Positions 61,854 through 64,000 of a DNA stretch of 64,000 nt are shown in pieces. The notes beneath the pieces are model-generated. The model saw only the letters and a list, made by a program, of their open reading frames with translations. It had not been told where the DNA came from and did no database searches. The first letter of the stretch is position 1. The number at the start of each line of letters is the position of its first letter. Source of the stretch: Oopsacas minuta (taxonomy: Eukaryota > Animalia > Porifera); the NCBI GenBank assembly GCA_024704765.1, contig JAKMXF010000277.1, positions 310,001-374,000 on the forward strand, written 5' to 3'. A program made the position numbers and the translations under genes.

Positions 61854-63162
61854 CAGGGTGGTCCATAAGTTCTGTCCCACAGATAAAAGGTCATAATTTT
61901 GGCAAAACTAACTGAAATGACTTAAAATCTTAACACAATAACGTACACATTATTTGGATAATAATATATTAGGCTTATTCAATATATCCATCTTTTTTCT
62001 TAATTACAGCCCTAAGTCGTGAAGGAACCGCCTCTACTGCCATTCGCATGGTTTCCTGGGGGATTTCATTCCAAGCACATATTATTGATCGCTTCAGGGC
62101 CTCCAAATTTTTATGGGATTTACAACAAGCCTTTGTTTGTAATATAGACCAAACTGAGAAGTCTAGAGGGTTAAGGTCCGGACTAGATGGGGGCCATTCC
62201 TGTTTGGAAATAAAGTCAGGAATTTCGGAGTGAAGCCAGCTTTGAGTGGTATTTGCTGTATGAGCAGGGGCACCGTCTTGTTGGAACAAAAAGGGTTCAT
62301 TGTTAAACATCGACTTGCTAAGATCTTTGACTATAGGCTTTAGAACAAGTTTTTGGTAAGTTTGAGCATTTATTTTTACCCCAGTTGGGATGAAAACTAT
62401 TGGAGTCCGGCCAAGTGAAGATATTCCAGCCCAAACCATGACAGAACATGGTTTCTGTACTCTTTTTACATATCTGTACTCCTCAGGGATGGTAAACGCT
62501 GTAGGAGCAATATTCTGTCGTTTTGTTGATTATAAGCTTCCTCTATCGTAAATAATTTCTCATCTGAGAACAAGACGGGATCAAGACCTTGGATAGCGAA
62601 CCGGTCAATGAGACCTTTGCTTCTCTTCAGCCTCTTCTCCTTCATTACCTTTGAAAGACAGTGTACTTTACGTTTTTTAAATGAGGATAAACCCAGGTCT
62701 CTTTTGACAATTCTTTGGAGGGAAGAACGAGATACCTTGAGCTCTGCAGCCATTTTTCTCACGGATCGACTGGGATTTCGCCATACACGACCTCTTACGA
62801 TCTTCCTCATCCTTGTTGTCGTTACAGATGCGGGACGACCAGATCTGGGCTTGTCAGAGACGCTGCCAGTATCTTTATACCTATTGATGGTACGGTACAC
62901 AAACTTTCGCCTCGTTTTAGGAATATTGAGAATTTTCAAAATTTCACTTTGATCTTTCCCTTTTCGATATAATTCGATAATTGTCAACCTTTCCGTTTCC
63001 ATCGAGGAATTTGTCTAGCTAAAACTATGAGATGTTAAGATGAACAGTTTAGAATACTTATAAGACTATATAGAAGCTTGAAACGCAAAACCAATTACCT
63101 AGCTTTACCATAAAATCTATGGTTATGTATTAAAGTATGGGACAGAACTTATGGGCCACCTG
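61854..63162 (-). mobile_element. Tc1/mariner DD37D (maT-type) element with one frameshift
   Basis: TA TSD and TIR cagggtggtccataagttctgtccca (right copy has a 1-nt deletion). Transposase 63002-61978 carries FSDEK, QQDGAPAH and SSPDLNPLD (37 residues counted). A 1-nt deletion lies near 62508. Confidence 0.93.
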
Positions 63163-63291
63163 TACAGATAAGCATTAAAGAATACGTATCAAGTAAGAGC
63201 ATCATGAATAGCAGAAAATATTCAGATTATATGTGTTAACAACAATGACAAAAACTGATGTGTATCCTGCCGCTAACGGAAGAGCCTGGAT

Positions 63292-63580
63292 TTAAGAGAA
63301 TCCGTTTATCATGCGTAATATCACCAGTGTTGCTATTCTCCTCGTTTTCAAATAAATTCCTTTTGATATCACAACAATGGTTAAAAAGGCTTGCTCTACA
63401 TTAATAGCACACTTAGCACTTGTCTCTATGAAGTTAATCTTCATTTCATCAGCAAACTCTTTAGCTGTAGAGTAGTCTACTATCTTCTGACTTGTCATAT
63501 CACATTTATTGCCTACCAACAACTTACATGCATTTGGAATGCAGTAAGTTTCAATTTCCTGTAGCCATTGCTTAAAATTA
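63292..63580 (-). pseudogene. Exon 2 of a tandem Rab1-like paralog, with a frameshift; exon 1 presumably beyond the window
   Basis: Near-identical to 60359-60100 including the acceptor tttctag|GTAAT. A 1-nt deletion near 63372 alters the C-terminus. Confidence 0.7.
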
Positions 63581-64000
63581 CCTAGAAATTTGATTTCTGG
63601 ATGCCAAAACTCGTCTCGTACCACTTTTCGCAGGCAAATCTGGTCGGGACAGATCACTTTTAGTTGCTAAAACAAGTATCTGATTATTTTTAGCCAGCTA
63701 AAACTGGTCACCGCCACTTTTTGGGAACCAAAACCTGTCCAGGTAAAATTTTGGGCTATCTAGAAATTATAACTATGTGTTAATTATGCACCATTTAATC
63801 TGTTCAATAAATCAAATTTCTATCAAATTTCTATATCTCTATAAGGCATAGTCTCCTGAAGGAACAAGAAAACGATTCAAGAAAATACCAATAATCATGC
63901 TTTCAAAAGAATGCTGATAGTATATCCATAGAAAAAGTATAAGATGAATGTATTGAGAATTCAGAAGGCAGAATTATCTGACACAGAATTTGTATTTCAA

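Noticed and set aside
371-63657. Many short antisense or overlapping ORFs in the track (e.g. 371-661, 1361-1684, 10119-10494, 35515-35733, 53787-54300)
   Set aside because: Shadows of real genes on the opposite strand or chance ORFs, with no independent motifs.

Overview
AT-rich, gene-dense eukaryotic (animal) DNA with short GT-AG introns and many intronless genes. The style suggests a compact early-branching animal genome such as a glass sponge; this is an inference, not a database result. Genes reconstructed by hand include splice sites the ORF track misses. They are: an RBR E3 ligase, a long tail-anchored UBE2J-type E2, a DUSP-domain protein with no catalytic domain, a 4-exon PHYH with PTS2, cathepsin B, two tandem EPHX3/4-type epoxide hydrolases, a 5-exon TTC27 with a nested antisense NHL-repeat gene, a 7-exon PLAT-lipoxygenase, an ependymin-like GPI protein, three orphan 7TM-like genes, a 4-exon Rac-like GTPase, a 2-exon Rab1-like GTPase plus a paralog fragment, and several orphans. 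Mobile elements are an intact Ginger1 transposon (integrase plus OTU domain, CCGG TSD) nested in a hAT MITE (8-bp TSD), a frameshifted D34D mariner with an atypical 9-bp flanking repeat, a frameshifted DD37D (maT) element, and many MITE and Helitron-like fragments. The strongest novelty candidate is 46.6-63.6 kb. There a Rac-like GTPase with G12R, A59S and Q61A (predicted hydrolysis-dead) lies between an inverted pair of orphan 7TM genes with identical core blocks but hypervariable extracellular loops. A third family member and a Rab1-like protein with degenerate switch regions follow.
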